From NCBI GenBank assembly GCA_002423705.1, contig DINW01000041.1, positions 1-32,000 on the forward strand: a DNA stretch of 32,000 nucleotides. Direction: 5' to 3'. Origin of the DNA: Clostridium sp. UBA5530 (lineage in GTDB: Bacteria; Bacillota; Clostridia; Clostridiales; Clostridiaceae). Under the pieces are notes generated by a model. The model was not told the origin of the DNA, did no database searches, and saw only the letters and a list, made by a program, of their open reading frames with translations. Below, in pieces: positions 7,952-17,366 of this stretch. The translations under genes and the position numbers were made by a program. The first letter of the stretch is position 1. Every line of letters begins with the position of its first letter.

Positions 7952-8596
7952 TTAAGGTTGTAATTCTATTGATTTGTTCTCCATATTGCTACGTCTACAA
8001 TCCAATGGATTTAGGTTTATATGATGAACAGTTTCACCTTCACAAGGGTTCATTATAAATTTGTCTAGATGAACTCTTCCATTTGGAGTATTTGCAATAA
8101 CGGAAATAGCTCCATTTCTTTTGTATTGAACCCAGTTAAAACCATCAGTTATAACATTATCTAAATCTTCAGAAGAAATTAAAGCCTTAGAATGTGGTAT
8201 GTCATACTTATCAGTTAGAATTATGGCAATGGTATCATCGTCAACCTTCTCATACTGATTTTTTTTGGTTCTTGAGACTATTTCTAAATTAGATTTTCTG
8301 TTGTCTAACATATTTCCATTAATATGTTTAACAGGAGTTTTGGCATTAGTATTTAAAATAAAAGTTTCAAGACTTTGTTTTAAAGGCTTTGCTCCTTTTA
8401 CTTTGCTTATATTTTGAATTGTATAAGCATTAAAGTCTTTATGCCACTCCACAAACCAACATCCCATTGATTTAATTCTATCTACATCATCCACGTCTAT
8501 TTGGAAAACCAATTCACCCCCATCTTTTTTCAAAGCAGTAATAGAAGCAATGGATCCTTCAATACGAAATCTATTGTTAAAAGTTTTATAATTCAT
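7952..8596 (-). CDS. HNH endonuclease-like protein with two HNH_3-type motifs
   Basis: VKHINGNMLDNRKSNLE and VHHINLNPLDCRRSNME, each preceded by a beta-rich module. ATG 8596 follows an agaggg RBS. The upstream ATG at 8617 has no RBS. Confidence 0.6.
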   Translation of the reverse strand: MNYKTFNNRFRIEGSIASITALKKDGGELVFQIDVDDVDRIKSMGCWFVEWHKDFNAYTIQNISKVKGAKPLKQSLETFILNTNAKTPVKHINGNMLDNRKSNLEIVSRTKKNQYEKVDDDTIAIILTDKYDIPHSKALISSEDLDNVITDGFNWVQYKRNGAISVIANTPNGRVHLDKFIMNPCEGETVHHINLNPLDCRRSNMENKSIELQP

Positions 8597-8720
8597 TAAG
8601 TGTGTACCCTCTTTCATAAGTATATATGAAAAGTATAACAGAGAAGGAGCAAAATTGATATAGAATTACAATAGGTGACTATATCGTTGCAGCAACCTTC
8701 TATGTTAAAGGGTCTAATGA

Positions 8721-9653
8721 TTACATATTTTCATTTATTAAATTTTTGTACTGAACTGAATCTTGGTACAGTTCATCTTTAAGCACATTCTTCTTTTTCT
8801 TAACTGCTATATAAATTTGATAAGCAAAAACCATTAAATTTACAACTAGTGCAATTATACTAACGGTGTAGTAAGCCGTTGCGCTATGGGTTGAAGCTAC
8901 AGCGTATTTACTTTGTACAAAAAAGTTAGGAATTGTAAGCATCAACATCATATATAGTGCAAGAGTATGAACACGATGTTGGGCCCAAGCGCCTTTTTTA
9001 ATCGTGAAGGCTGGTATTGTACATGATAGTAATAAAGCCATGCTGTAGAAGGAACGGTCTGTTAAGCAATTATATACATATGCAAAGTTCCAAAGATCAT
9101 ATGCTATAATCCAAAACCACATCATATCTGGCCAAACTAATGTATGGCGTTTATCCTTTGTGATAATGATTCCAAACCATCCGCACATAGTAACTAGATT
9201 TAATATACCGGCAATTGCATTCATTGCGTTCCATGGTCCACCCATATAAAACATACCATCTATTGTCCCTTGCATTCCCATGACTTGAATTTCACGGAAA
9301 ACAGCCTCTAAAATATTGATACCTAATATGGCAGGTGGAAAAACATAGTACCATTTTGGTGCTGTGCCATCCTGCATCTTCTTTGAGAAACGTAGCCACA
9401 TACCTATATAACATCCAGCTAGAGCAGAATACACTTTTGCCCAAGCAAACCAATTGGCAGTTTGAGATCCTGTCCCAACTCCTGATGTTTTTGGCCACAC
9501 AAAAAATGAAAGAATAATAGGTAAAATAATAAAAAATATGATTGCAGTTGTCTTATTGTACCGTGTGATTTCGTTGAATAGCATTAATAACCCCAAAATC
9601 AATAGCCAAACTAACCACGAAGACCACGGAATTGATTGAAATAAAAACATCAT
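8721..9653 (-). CDS. Uncharacterised polytopic membrane protein
   Basis: 310 aa with many hydrophobic segments and Trp-rich helices. RBS gggggag. No catalytic motif recognised. Confidence 0.6.
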   Translation of the reverse strand: MMFLFQSIPWSSWLVWLLILGLLMLFNEITRYNKTTAIIFFIILPIILSFFVWPKTSGVGTGSQTANWFAWAKVYSALAGCYIGMWLRFSKKMQDGTAPKWYYVFPPAILGINILEAVFREIQVMGMQGTIDGMFYMGGPWNAMNAIAGILNLVTMCGWFGIIITKDKRHTLVWPDMMWFWIIAYDLWNFAYVYNCLTDRSFYSMALLLSCTIPAFTIKKGAWAQHRVHTLALYMMLMLTIPNFFVQSKYAVASTHSATAYYTVSIIALVVNLMVFAYQIYIAVKKKKNVLKDELYQDSVQYKNLINENM

Positions 9654-9754
9654 ATCTCCCCCTTGAACTTGATGATTAAATCATAGTAGAGGGTTAATTA
9701 ATTGTCAATACAAAGTTTTATAAATATTAAAACAATTATCAAATATGGAATATA

Positions 9755-10675
9755 CTATGTAACAATTTGTTGTGGAACTGCAATTTGTTTAGGATAAGGG
9801 AACTTTTCTTTTAAATAATCCAAGAGAAGACTCACCTCAAGGGGCTGTTTATCTTGCTTTAGAACGGAACAATATAGATAGCCAGGAGTGGGAGTTCTTA
9901 ACTCTTTGATAATAATATTAGGATTGGTAATTAAAGATGCCATTTTTGCAGTAACTGTTCCTATACCCCTATTTTCTTGCATGCTGTTTATAATGCTAAA
10001 ACTATAGGAAGAAGAAATTACAATTCGGGGATTTATACTAGACAATTGGCAAAGGTAATCAAATAGCTCCCTTAACGAATTTTGGGGAGAGCCAGTAATA
10101 ATCTTCTCCTCATTCAAGTAAGAAAAATCTAAAGGATCTGGGTATGAAGATAAAGGATGATCTTTATGAATGGCAGCATACATGAACCCCTCAGCCAATG
10201 GAAAGCTATCAAGGGCAGTGGTATCAAAGGGGTTTACTAAAAAGGCTAAGTCCAACTCTTTTTTTCTTAGATTATCGATGCAAGTTTCCTTTGGAAACTC
10301 AAAAATATTAAATTCTATTTCAGGATGATACAATTGAAATTCACGTAAAAAGGAAGTATCAGTTGCATTGGAAACACCAATAGCAAAGCCAATAGATAAG
10401 GATTTATTTGTAGACAATTTATGCCTTTGAATTTCCTTTAAAGATTCGTTATAAGTATCATATATACTGGTGTAATAAAAATGAAGTTTATTAGCCATAT
10501 CAGTAGGAATGACCCCATTTTTAGAACGATGAAATAAAGTCACATCTAGCTCTCTCTCCAATGACTGAATTTGTCTGCTTAATCCCTGCTGACTTATATA
10601 TAAACGTTTGCAAGCTCTAGACATATTTAATTCTTCATAAAGAACAAGAAAGGATTCGAGAAATTTAATTTGCAT
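9755..10675 (-). CDS. LysR-family transcriptional regulator
   Basis: HTH LNMSRACKRLYISQQGLSRQIQSLERELDVTLFHR plus a LysR substrate-binding-type C-terminus. ATG 10675 follows a gaggtg RBS. It is divergent from the flavoprotein gene. Confidence 0.85.
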   Translation of the reverse strand: MQIKFLESFLVLYEELNMSRACKRLYISQQGLSRQIQSLERELDVTLFHRSKNGVIPTDMANKLHFYYTSIYDTYNESLKEIQRHKLSTNKSLSIGFAIGVSNATDTSFLREFQLYHPEIEFNIFEFPKETCIDNLRKKELDLAFLVNPFDTTALDSFPLAEGFMYAAIHKDHPLSSYPDPLDFSYLNEEKIITGSPQNSLRELFDYLCQLSSINPRIVISSSYSFSIINSMQENRGIGTVTAKMASLITNPNIIIKELRTPTPGYLYCSVLKQDKQPLEVSLLLDYLKEKFPYPKQIAVPQQIVT

Positions 10676-10838
10676 ATCACACCTCACAATAAAAAATTGT
10701 TAAAGTTTAATAATTAATTATATTCTACAACAAAATGTTGTAGATGTATATAAAAACATTGTTTTACAACCATTTACATATAAGATAAAATACAGTCAAG
10801 ATATTATAGAAATTAAAATTCTATTGGGGGGAAGTAAA

Positions 10839-13514
10839 GTGGCAGCAAGAAAAAAGATTATTAAGCTAGCAAAAAAAATGGCTGGGCCAACAAAAGCATT
10901 ATTCAAAATCGATGAAAATGCACCAGAATACTATGTATTGGACTGTATTGTAACCGATGAAATGGCAGAAGTTGCATTAGCTATGGAGCTTAGGAAACCA
11001 CAGACCCTTGAGCAAATTGCAAAAAAATGTGGAAAGCCTTTAACAGAAACAAAGGATCTTGCATATAAGTTAGCAGATGTAGGGGCTTGTATCTTTCATA
11101 GTGAAAATGGACAGGATGTATTTGAACTAACAGTGTTTGTTCCAGGGGTTATGGAAAAAACAAATGCAAATCGTGAATCTGCAGAAGCACATCCTCAGAT
11201 TGCAAAGGCCTTTGAAGAGTATGCTCGATTAAGGGGTGGGGTGTTGTCTCCTAATATGCCAATAGGAATGGGGCCAATGAGGGTTATTCCTATTGAATCT
11301 GCTATTGATGGAGATACTCGTGTGGCATCCTTTGAAGAAATATCATATCACCTAAATAAACACAACAAATTTGCAGTGGCACCATGTACATGTAGAGTAT
11401 CTAGAAGGATTTTAGGTGAAGCTTGTGGGGTTTTAGAAGATGAGTTATGTATACAATTAGGAGAAGGTGCAGAATATTATATTCGTACTGGAAGAGCTAG
11501 GGAGATTACAAAAGAAGAAGCCATTGAAATTATTAAAAAGGCAGAAGAAAATGGATTGATGCATTCAGTACCTAATATTGATGGTGCAGATACCCTTCAT
11601 GCTATTTGCAATTGTGATGGGAATTCATGTTATTCTATGAGAAATGCATTATATTTTAATTCTCCAGATATGATTCGTTCAAACTATGTAGCAAAGGTAA
11701 ATACAGATAATTGTGTTGCTTGTGGGCAATGTGTGGAGAATTGTCCTATGAATGCTTTAAAACTTGGTCAAAAATTGTGTTCTACAACCCCAATTATTCA
11801 TAAAGATTCCTTGAATCCACGAGATCATATGTGGGGTGAAAAGCATTTTAACCCAGATTACCGAAACACAAGAGAGAATGTAGTGGACACTGGAACATCT
11901 CCTTGCAAAACTCAATGTCCAGCACATATTGCAGTGCAGGGATATATAAAGTTAGCTGCCCAAGGAAGGTATATGGAAGCTCTTGAACTAATAAAAAAAG
12001 AGAATCCACTTCCAGCAGTTTGTGGTCGAATCTGTCCAAGGAAATGTGAATCAGAATGTACTAGAGGAGATATAGATGATCCAATTGCCATTGATGAAAT
12101 TAAAAAATTTATTGCAGATAAAGAAAAGCAACAAGAAACGCGTTATATTCCTAAAAAGATGCATGAATATGGGAAACCAATAGCAGTAATTGGGGCTGGT
12201 CCTGGGGGGTTATCTTGTGCTTATTACCTTGCAGTAGATGGCTATAAAGTAACAGTCTTTGAAAAACAAGAAAAATTAGGTGGCATGTTGGCCCTTGGAA
12301 TACCTTCTTTCCGTTTAGAGAAGGATGTAATCCAAGGAGAAATTCAAGTTTTACAACAACTGGGGGTAGAATTTAAAACAGGAATTGAAGTAGGGAAAGA
12401 TGTAACATTAGATCAATTAAGAGATCAAGGCTTTAAGGCATTTTATGTTGCTATAGGGGCACAGGATGGTAGATTGCTAGGTATAGAAGGGGAAGACAAC
12501 AGTGATGTTATTACTGGTGTAGATTTTCTCCGCAATGTGAACTTAGGCAAGGATGTTAAGCTAAATGGAACTGTAGTTGTCATTGGGGGAGGAAACGTAG
12601 CCATTGATGTAGCGCGAACAGCAACAAGAGTAGGTGCAGAAAGGGTTCAGATGTACTGCCTAGAGTCTGCTAATGAAATGCCTGCATTGCTAGAGGAAAT
12701 TCAAGAGGCAAATGAAGAAGGAATTTCTATTAATAATTCTTGGGGGCCAAAGCGCATTATTATTGAAGACGGCAAGGTTTCAGGTGTTGAATTCAAGAAA
12801 TGTATATCAGTATTCGATGAAAACAAAAGGTTCAATCCTCAATATGATGAAAAGGAAACCTGCATTGTGTCTGCAGACTATGTTTTAGTATCTGTAGGTC
12901 AAGGTATTAATTGGGGACAGCTCATGAAGGGAACTGCAGCAGAGTTTAATCCAAATCGCACTATAAAGGCAGATGGATTAACATACCAATCAGCACAAGA
13001 AGATGTATTTGTTGGGGGAGATTGTTATACAGGTCCCAGATTTGCCATTGATGCAATAGCTGCAGGAAAACAAGGAGCAATTTCAATTCATCGTTTTGTT
13101 TGGGAGGGTCATAGTTTAGTTTATGGACGTGACCGTAGAAAATATCATTCATTGGATAAGAAAGAAGCCATCTTAGAAGGATATGATACAACGCCAAGAC
13201 AAAAACCTGGGCATAATTCTAGTAATGAACATACATTTAAAGATACGCGATTAACCTTTACCGAGGAACAAGTTAAAGCTGAAACTTCTCGTTGTTTAGG
13301 CTGTGGAGCGGTGATACTGGATCAGAATAAATGTGTTGGCTGTGGAATGTGCACAACTAAATGCAAGTTTGATGCTATTAAATTATTTAAGAAATATGAT
13401 AAAGCAGGTACAACCTATGAAGGCCTTCCAGTGAAATTAGGAATGAATATGGCTGGACGTGTAGGAAGGATTGCAGTACGTGCAATTACAGATGCTATCA
13501 AGGGCGACAAATAG
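10839..13514 (+). CDS. Large multidomain Fe-S flavoprotein: Cys-rich N-terminal domain, ferredoxin, GltD-like NAD(P)H/FAD oxidoreductase module, C-terminal ferredoxin
   Basis: GTG 10839 after ggggggaag. Motifs CTCRVSRRILGEAC and CNCDGNSC. CVACGQCVENCP. CGRICPRKCESECTRG (GltD N-terminal cluster). Dinucleotide folds VIGAGPGGLSCAYYLA and VVIGGGNVAIDVART. CVGCGMCTTKC. Confidence 0.8.
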   Translation: MAARKKIIKLAKKMAGPTKALFKIDENAPEYYVLDCIVTDEMAEVALAMELRKPQTLEQIAKKCGKPLTETKDLAYKLADVGACIFHSENGQDVFELTVFVPGVMEKTNANRESAEAHPQIAKAFEEYARLRGGVLSPNMPIGMGPMRVIPIESAIDGDTRVASFEEISYHLNKHNKFAVAPCTCRVSRRILGEACGVLEDELCIQLGEGAEYYIRTGRAREITKEEAIEIIKKAEENGLMHSVPNIDGADTLHAICNCDGNSCYSMRNALYFNSPDMIRSNYVAKVNTDNCVACGQCVENCPMNALKLGQKLCSTTPIIHKDSLNPRDHMWGEKHFNPDYRNTRENVVDTGTSPCKTQCPAHIAVQGYIKLAAQGRYMEALELIKKENPLPAVCGRICPRKCESECTRGDIDDPIAIDEIKKFIADKEKQQETRYIPKKMHEYGKPIAVIGAGPGGLSCAYYLAVDGYKVTVFEKQEKLGGMLALGIPSFRLEKDVIQGEIQVLQQLGVEFKTGIEVGKDVTLDQLRDQGFKAFYVAIGAQDGRLLGIEGEDNSDVITGVDFLRNVNLGKDVKLNGTVVVIGGGNVAIDVARTATRVGAERVQMYCLESANEMPALLEEIQEANEEGISINNSWGPKRIIIEDGKVSGVEFKKCISVFDENKRFNPQYDEKETCIVSADYVLVSVGQGINWGQLMKGTAAEFNPNRTIKADGLTYQSAQEDVFVGGDCYTGPRFAIDAIAAGKQGAISIHRFVWEGHSLVYGRDRRKYHSLDKKEAILEGYDTTPRQKPGHNSSNEHTFKDTRLTFTEEQVKAETSRCLGCGAVILDQNKCVGCGMCTTKCKFDAIKLFKKYDKAGTTYEGLPVKLGMNMAGRVGRIAVRAITDAIKGDK

Positions 13515-13538
13515 TTTAGTCACTAGGGAGGAATTACT

Positions 13539-13880
13539 ATGCACGAATTAGGTGTAGTTTTTCAAGTAATAAACACCGTGGATAGGATTGCTGATAAAGA
13601 AGGAGTAGATAAGGTTGGTGCCATAGTCCTTCAGATTGGGGAACTATCCTCTATGATTCCTATGTATGTTGAAAGCTGCTTTCCCGCAGCTATTGACGGG
13701 AAACCTCGCTATGAGAATACAAAATTAGAAATAGAAGTTATTCCTGGAGAAGCAAAATGTACACAGTGCGGAGAAATCTTCAATGTAAAACAATATGAGG
13801 GGTACTGTCCTCAATGTGATAGTTTTGATAAGGAACTTATAACTGGAAGAGAATTTATTTTAAAAGAGATTCGGGTGTAA
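13539..13880 (+). CDS. hypA: HypA/HybF-type nickel metallochaperone
   Basis: N-terminal MHELG (MHE nickel motif), zinc site CTQCG...CPQCD, 113 aa. RBS gggagg lies 24 nt after the upstream stop. Confidence 0.8.
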   Translation: MHELGVVFQVINTVDRIADKEGVDKVGAIVLQIGELSSMIPMYVESCFPAAIDGKPRYENTKLEIEVIPGEAKCTQCGEIFNVKQYEGYCPQCDSFDKELITGREFILKEIRV

Positions 13881-13894
13881 TATAGAAAAGCAAT

Positions 13895-13940
13895 AAAGGG
13901 GATGTATCAAAATAATTTAATTTTGGTACATCCCCTTTAT
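13895..13940. terminator. Bidirectional terminator, a sequence sibling of the one at 7893
   Basis: aaaggggatgtatcaaaa (13895-13912) pairs with ttttggtacatccccttt (13921-13938). Confidence 0.75.
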
Positions 13941-13946
13941 TTAACA

Positions 13947-15296
13947 TTAGATAAGAGCATTTAAACCATTAACTGTAGTTTGTTCATCTTCGTTAACAGG
14001 AATAACTATACACTTTTGACCGTCAATTATTTGTGATTTTATTTGAGGTATTTTCTCGGGCCTTACTTGAAGGATAACGTCATAGTGAGGTGCAACATTA
14101 TTAGTTTCCGAATTTGAATCATCAGCTTCTTCTAAATTAATTTCAGAAATTTCTTTTACAAGGATATCTTCTTCATTAATTTCTTGTGATGATTCATTAT
14201 TGTTATCAATAACAGCTTCTTGATTTGCTCGTTGAAGTTTAGTTTGAAGGATTTCTACTTGTTTTTCAAGGTGTTTTTCCTTTTCTCTTTGGGCATTTTC
14301 CTTAAGAATCTTTGAGTCGATTAAACTTTCCGCTAAAGGAAGATCCTCACCAAAGGTTTCCATATAAGATTGTTGAATTTTAGAGGTAATTTCTTCAGGA
14401 ACACCACTTTCTGATAAATGATTTTCAACATCCTTCTTTGTTAGGGTTATAGGATCGCAATCCACATCTTCATACATGGAATTGTATTCATCTATCATTG
14501 CATTTAAGTTATCTTGTACTTCCATAAAAACTTTATCAGCCTTTTTTTCATCAGCACTAAAGGAATCTTTAATAATTGATTGGAAGGTTTCTTTTTGAAT
14601 AACAGCGGTCTGTTTTGAATAACAGCCTAAAGCATTTTCCATAAGTTCAGGGTGTGTGTCCTTTGCATTTTTTGTGTAATAGATAACAGAGTTAACGTCT
14701 GAACTACGATTAATAAAACCAGGGAAAACGAAGCCATTAGTGGGAGCATCAACTACCCAATCTCTAACACGTGCCTTTATTTTATTTTCCTCTTCAAAGT
14801 ATCTAAGACCAGGATCTGAAAGGGAAACAGGACATATTGCACATAACACATATTCATATACCTCCTCAGATTCATCCAGCTTTAAATTATCCTTGGTTTT
14901 GGTAATAACATCATAGGCATCGTGAAAAATAAGTATTAAAAAGTTCCCAGTATAATCATAGTTATTTATGATGGAATCATAAAAATCGTCAAGGAGATCA
15001 TCATTCTTTAGTTTACTGTTTTTAAGTTGCATTAGAGAGATTTGTTTTTCATTTATAAGATCTTCATTAGTTGGAAAGTTAAGTTCTAAAATATTGTTTC
15101 CAACGGTTCCAGACAGTACTTTTTTAGCAATATCTAAGTACTTAAAGTATTCATCTTCATCCAAATTTAGAAAGGTTTCTCTAAATTTTAGAATAATGTG
15201 CTTTTCTCCATTAACATAACATCCACACATTTTAGTGAAGGTACAATGGTCTTTTTTTAAACGTTTTTTCAACTCAAGTATATCTTTTTTTCTCAT
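13947..15296 (-). CDS. DUF4317-like protein (Clostridia-typical, function unknown)
   Basis: The N-terminus ...HCTFTKMCGCYVNGEKHIILKFRETFLNLDEDEYFKYLDIAKKVLSGTVGNNILELNF matches my recollection of DUF4317. It has an acidic coiled C-terminal half ending ...IDGQKCIVIPVNEDEQTTVNGLNALI. ATG 15296 follows a gagagg RBS. Confidence 0.5.
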   Translation of the reverse strand: MRKKDILELKKRLKKDHCTFTKMCGCYVNGEKHIILKFRETFLNLDEDEYFKYLDIAKKVLSGTVGNNILELNFPTNEDLINEKQISLMQLKNSKLKNDDLLDDFYDSIINNYDYTGNFLILIFHDAYDVITKTKDNLKLDESEEVYEYVLCAICPVSLSDPGLRYFEEENKIKARVRDWVVDAPTNGFVFPGFINRSSDVNSVIYYTKNAKDTHPELMENALGCYSKQTAVIQKETFQSIIKDSFSADEKKADKVFMEVQDNLNAMIDEYNSMYEDVDCDPITLTKKDVENHLSESGVPEEITSKIQQSYMETFGEDLPLAESLIDSKILKENAQREKEKHLEKQVEILQTKLQRANQEAVIDNNNESSQEINEEDILVKEISEINLEEADDSNSETNNVAPHYDVILQVRPEKIPQIKSQIIDGQKCIVIPVNEDEQTTVNGLNALI

Positions 15297-15470
15297 ATAT
15301 AAACCTCTCAATCTAGACTTTAATAGTTATCAATATTAAGTATAGTATTTTTTTTGTATTAATTAAAGATTTTAATCTTATTTTAATCTTTCTTATATTT
15401 CAGATTAATTTTGTAAAAGTATTATATAGGCATAGTTAAGTAAGTAATGAATTTGAGGAGGTAATATAAT

Positions 15471-16001
15471 ATGGAAAGAAATGAAATAATCGAAACTTTA
15501 ATGAAAAAGGCTAACGTAGGTCATGAAGAGGCAGAAGAAGCACTAGAAAAGTGCAATTGGGACCTTTTAGATTCTGTTATATACTTGGAAAGAAGAAGAG
15601 AACAAAATCAGCAAATTGCTACTAGGATAGAGACAAAAGAAGAAGAAGGCAAAAAGGATCATAGCCAAAAACAGGATGATAAATGTGGCGGCATTGGAGA
15701 TGTTATTGGAAGAATATTTAAGTTCATAGGAAAGTGTATAAAAAAAGGAAATGAGAATTTCTTTGAAGTGAGAAAAGAAAATGAGAAACCAATAAGAATA
15801 TCATTGACCATATCAGTGCTTTTATTGATATTTTTAACAATACCTATTGCAGTATTGCTAATCATAGGATTGTTCTGCGGATATAAGTACTCAATATCAG
15901 GAACCAATGTTAATTACCATGGAGTAAACACGGTCTTTGAAGAAGTAGCAAAATCAGCAGATAATGTAAAAAAAGATTTCAAGGAAGGATATGAAAAATA
16001 G
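15471..16001 (+). CDS. Membrane-anchored protein with an N-terminal UBA/EF-Ts-N-like helical domain (paralog 1)
   Basis: RBS gaggagg. ANVGHEEAEEALEKCNWDLLDSVIYLE, a charged linker, then hydrophobic span ISLTISVLLLIFLTIPIAVLLIIGLFCGY. Confidence 0.6.
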   Translation: MERNEIIETLMKKANVGHEEAEEALEKCNWDLLDSVIYLERRREQNQQIATRIETKEEEGKKDHSQKQDDKCGGIGDVIGRIFKFIGKCIKKGNENFFEVRKENEKPIRISLTISVLLLIFLTIPIAVLLIIGLFCGYKYSISGTNVNYHGVNTVFEEVAKSADNVKKDFKEGYEK

Positions 16002-16016
16002 TATAGAGACTTGATA

Positions 16017-16056
16017 AAGAGATTTTGAAGGGTGTTCAAAATCTCCTTATTTTTTG
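16017..16056 (+). terminator. Rho-independent terminator after paralog 1
   Basis: gagattttgaa / ttcaaaatctc stem (16019-16047) followed by a T-run at 16049-16055. Confidence 0.7.
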
Positions 16057-16082
16057 TGGAAGTCTTAGGTAAAATGATATAA
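16054..16082 (+). promoter_or_regulatory. Candidate extended -10 promoter for paralog 2 and the two-component operon
   Basis: TTGTGG (16054-16059), 17 nt, TATAAT (16077-16082), with TG at 16074-16075. Confidence 0.4.
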
Positions 16083-16129
16083 TTTAATAATTAATAAGAA
16101 ATTTAAAACCATGGATAAGGAGGTTATTT

Positions 16130-16693
16130 GTGGATAAGCTTAAAGCTGTAAATAAATTAAGAGATAAAGCTGATATAAGTTATGAGGAAGCAAACAGTGT
16201 TCTGGAAAATAATAATTGGGATGTATTGGATTCAATTGTATATTTAGAAAAACATAAAAAGATAAAGGCACCTTCAGTCAGTATATTTTACACTAATGAA
16301 TTTAAAGAAAACTGCACTAACCAAGAAGAAGCAGTTGCCATTATTAAAAATACAAGGAAAAATAACTTTAAGGAGGAAGGTAACTTTCAGGGGCTTTTCC
16401 AAACTATATGCCAAATTATAGATACTTGTAATAATATCTTTCTTGAAATAAATCAAAAAGGCAGGAGACTTTTAAAGATTCCCGTTACAGTAATAATAGT
16501 ACTTATACTTTTTGCTTTCTGGATAATAATACCTTTGGTTGTGGTTGGATTATTTTTCGATGTAGGGTTTTTAGTGTCAAGTAAGAGAATTAGTAGGGAT
16601 AAAATAGATAAAATAAACAAGGTTTTCAACCAAATGTCTAAGAAGGTTAAAGATATAAAGGATAAATTTAAGAAGGAGGTTAGTGATGACTAG
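16130..16693 (+). CDS. Membrane-anchored protein with an N-terminal UBA/EF-Ts-N-like helical domain (paralog 2)
   Basis: GTG start 6 nt after aaggagg. ADISYEEANSVLENNNWDVLDSIVYLE, then hydrophobic IPVTVIIVLILFAFWIIIPLVVVGLFF. Its end overlaps the response-regulator start. Confidence 0.6.
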   Translation: MDKLKAVNKLRDKADISYEEANSVLENNNWDVLDSIVYLEKHKKIKAPSVSIFYTNEFKENCTNQEEAVAIIKNTRKNNFKEEGNFQGLFQTICQIIDTCNNIFLEINQKGRRLLKIPVTVIIVLILFAFWIIIPLVVVGLFFDVGFLVSSKRISRDKIDKINKVFNQMSKKVKDIKDKFKKEVSDD

Positions 16694-17366
16694 AATTCTG
16701 ATTGTTGAAGATGAAGAGAGAATAGCAAGATTTTTAGAGTTGGAATTGAATCATGAAGGATACAAAGTTATAAAAGCGGACAATGGAAGGATAGGTCTTG
16801 AAATTGCACAGCATGGTGAAGCTGACTTAGTTATACTTGATGTAATGCTTCCTGAAATTAATGGCCTTGAAGTGTTAAGAAGGCTTAGAAGAACTTCAGA
16901 TGTTCCTGTAATAATGCTTACTGCAAGAGATGCTGTTATGGATAAGGTGTCAGGTCTAGATGCAGGAGCCGATGATTATATAACCAAGCCCTTCGCAATA
17001 GAGGAGCTCTTAGCTAGAATAAGAAGAGTGCTTAAAAACACAGTAGTGTCAGTAAAAACACAGGAAAGTTTAATAAGCTGTGGATTATTAACATTAGATA
17101 AAATGAAGTATAAAGTAATGTATGATGGTCAAGAAATTGAACTTACTAACAGGGAATTTACACTGCTGAAAATATTAATGGAGAATAAAAACATAGTTTT
17201 AACTAGAGATGTGCTTATAGAAAAGGTATGTGGATATGATTATATTGGGGAAACCAATGTAATAGATGTTTATGTGAGATTTCTAAGGACAAAGATTGAT
17301 GACGTATTTAATACTAAAATAATAACCACAGTTCGTGGAGTAGGATATGTAATAAAAGATGAATAA
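16686..17366 (+). CDS. OmpR-family response regulator
   Basis: Receiver ILIVEDEE...DLVILDVMLP...ADDYITKPF. Winged-helix tail TVRGVGYVIK. RBS ggagg 6 nt upstream. Confidence 0.9.
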   Translation: MTRILIVEDEERIARFLELELNHEGYKVIKADNGRIGLEIAQHGEADLVILDVMLPEINGLEVLRRLRRTSDVPVIMLTARDAVMDKVSGLDAGADDYITKPFAIEELLARIRRVLKNTVVSVKTQESLISCGLLTLDKMKYKVMYDGQEIELTNREFTLLKILMENKNIVLTRDVLIEKVCGYDYIGETNVIDVYVRFLRTKIDDVFNTKIITTVRGVGYVIKDE

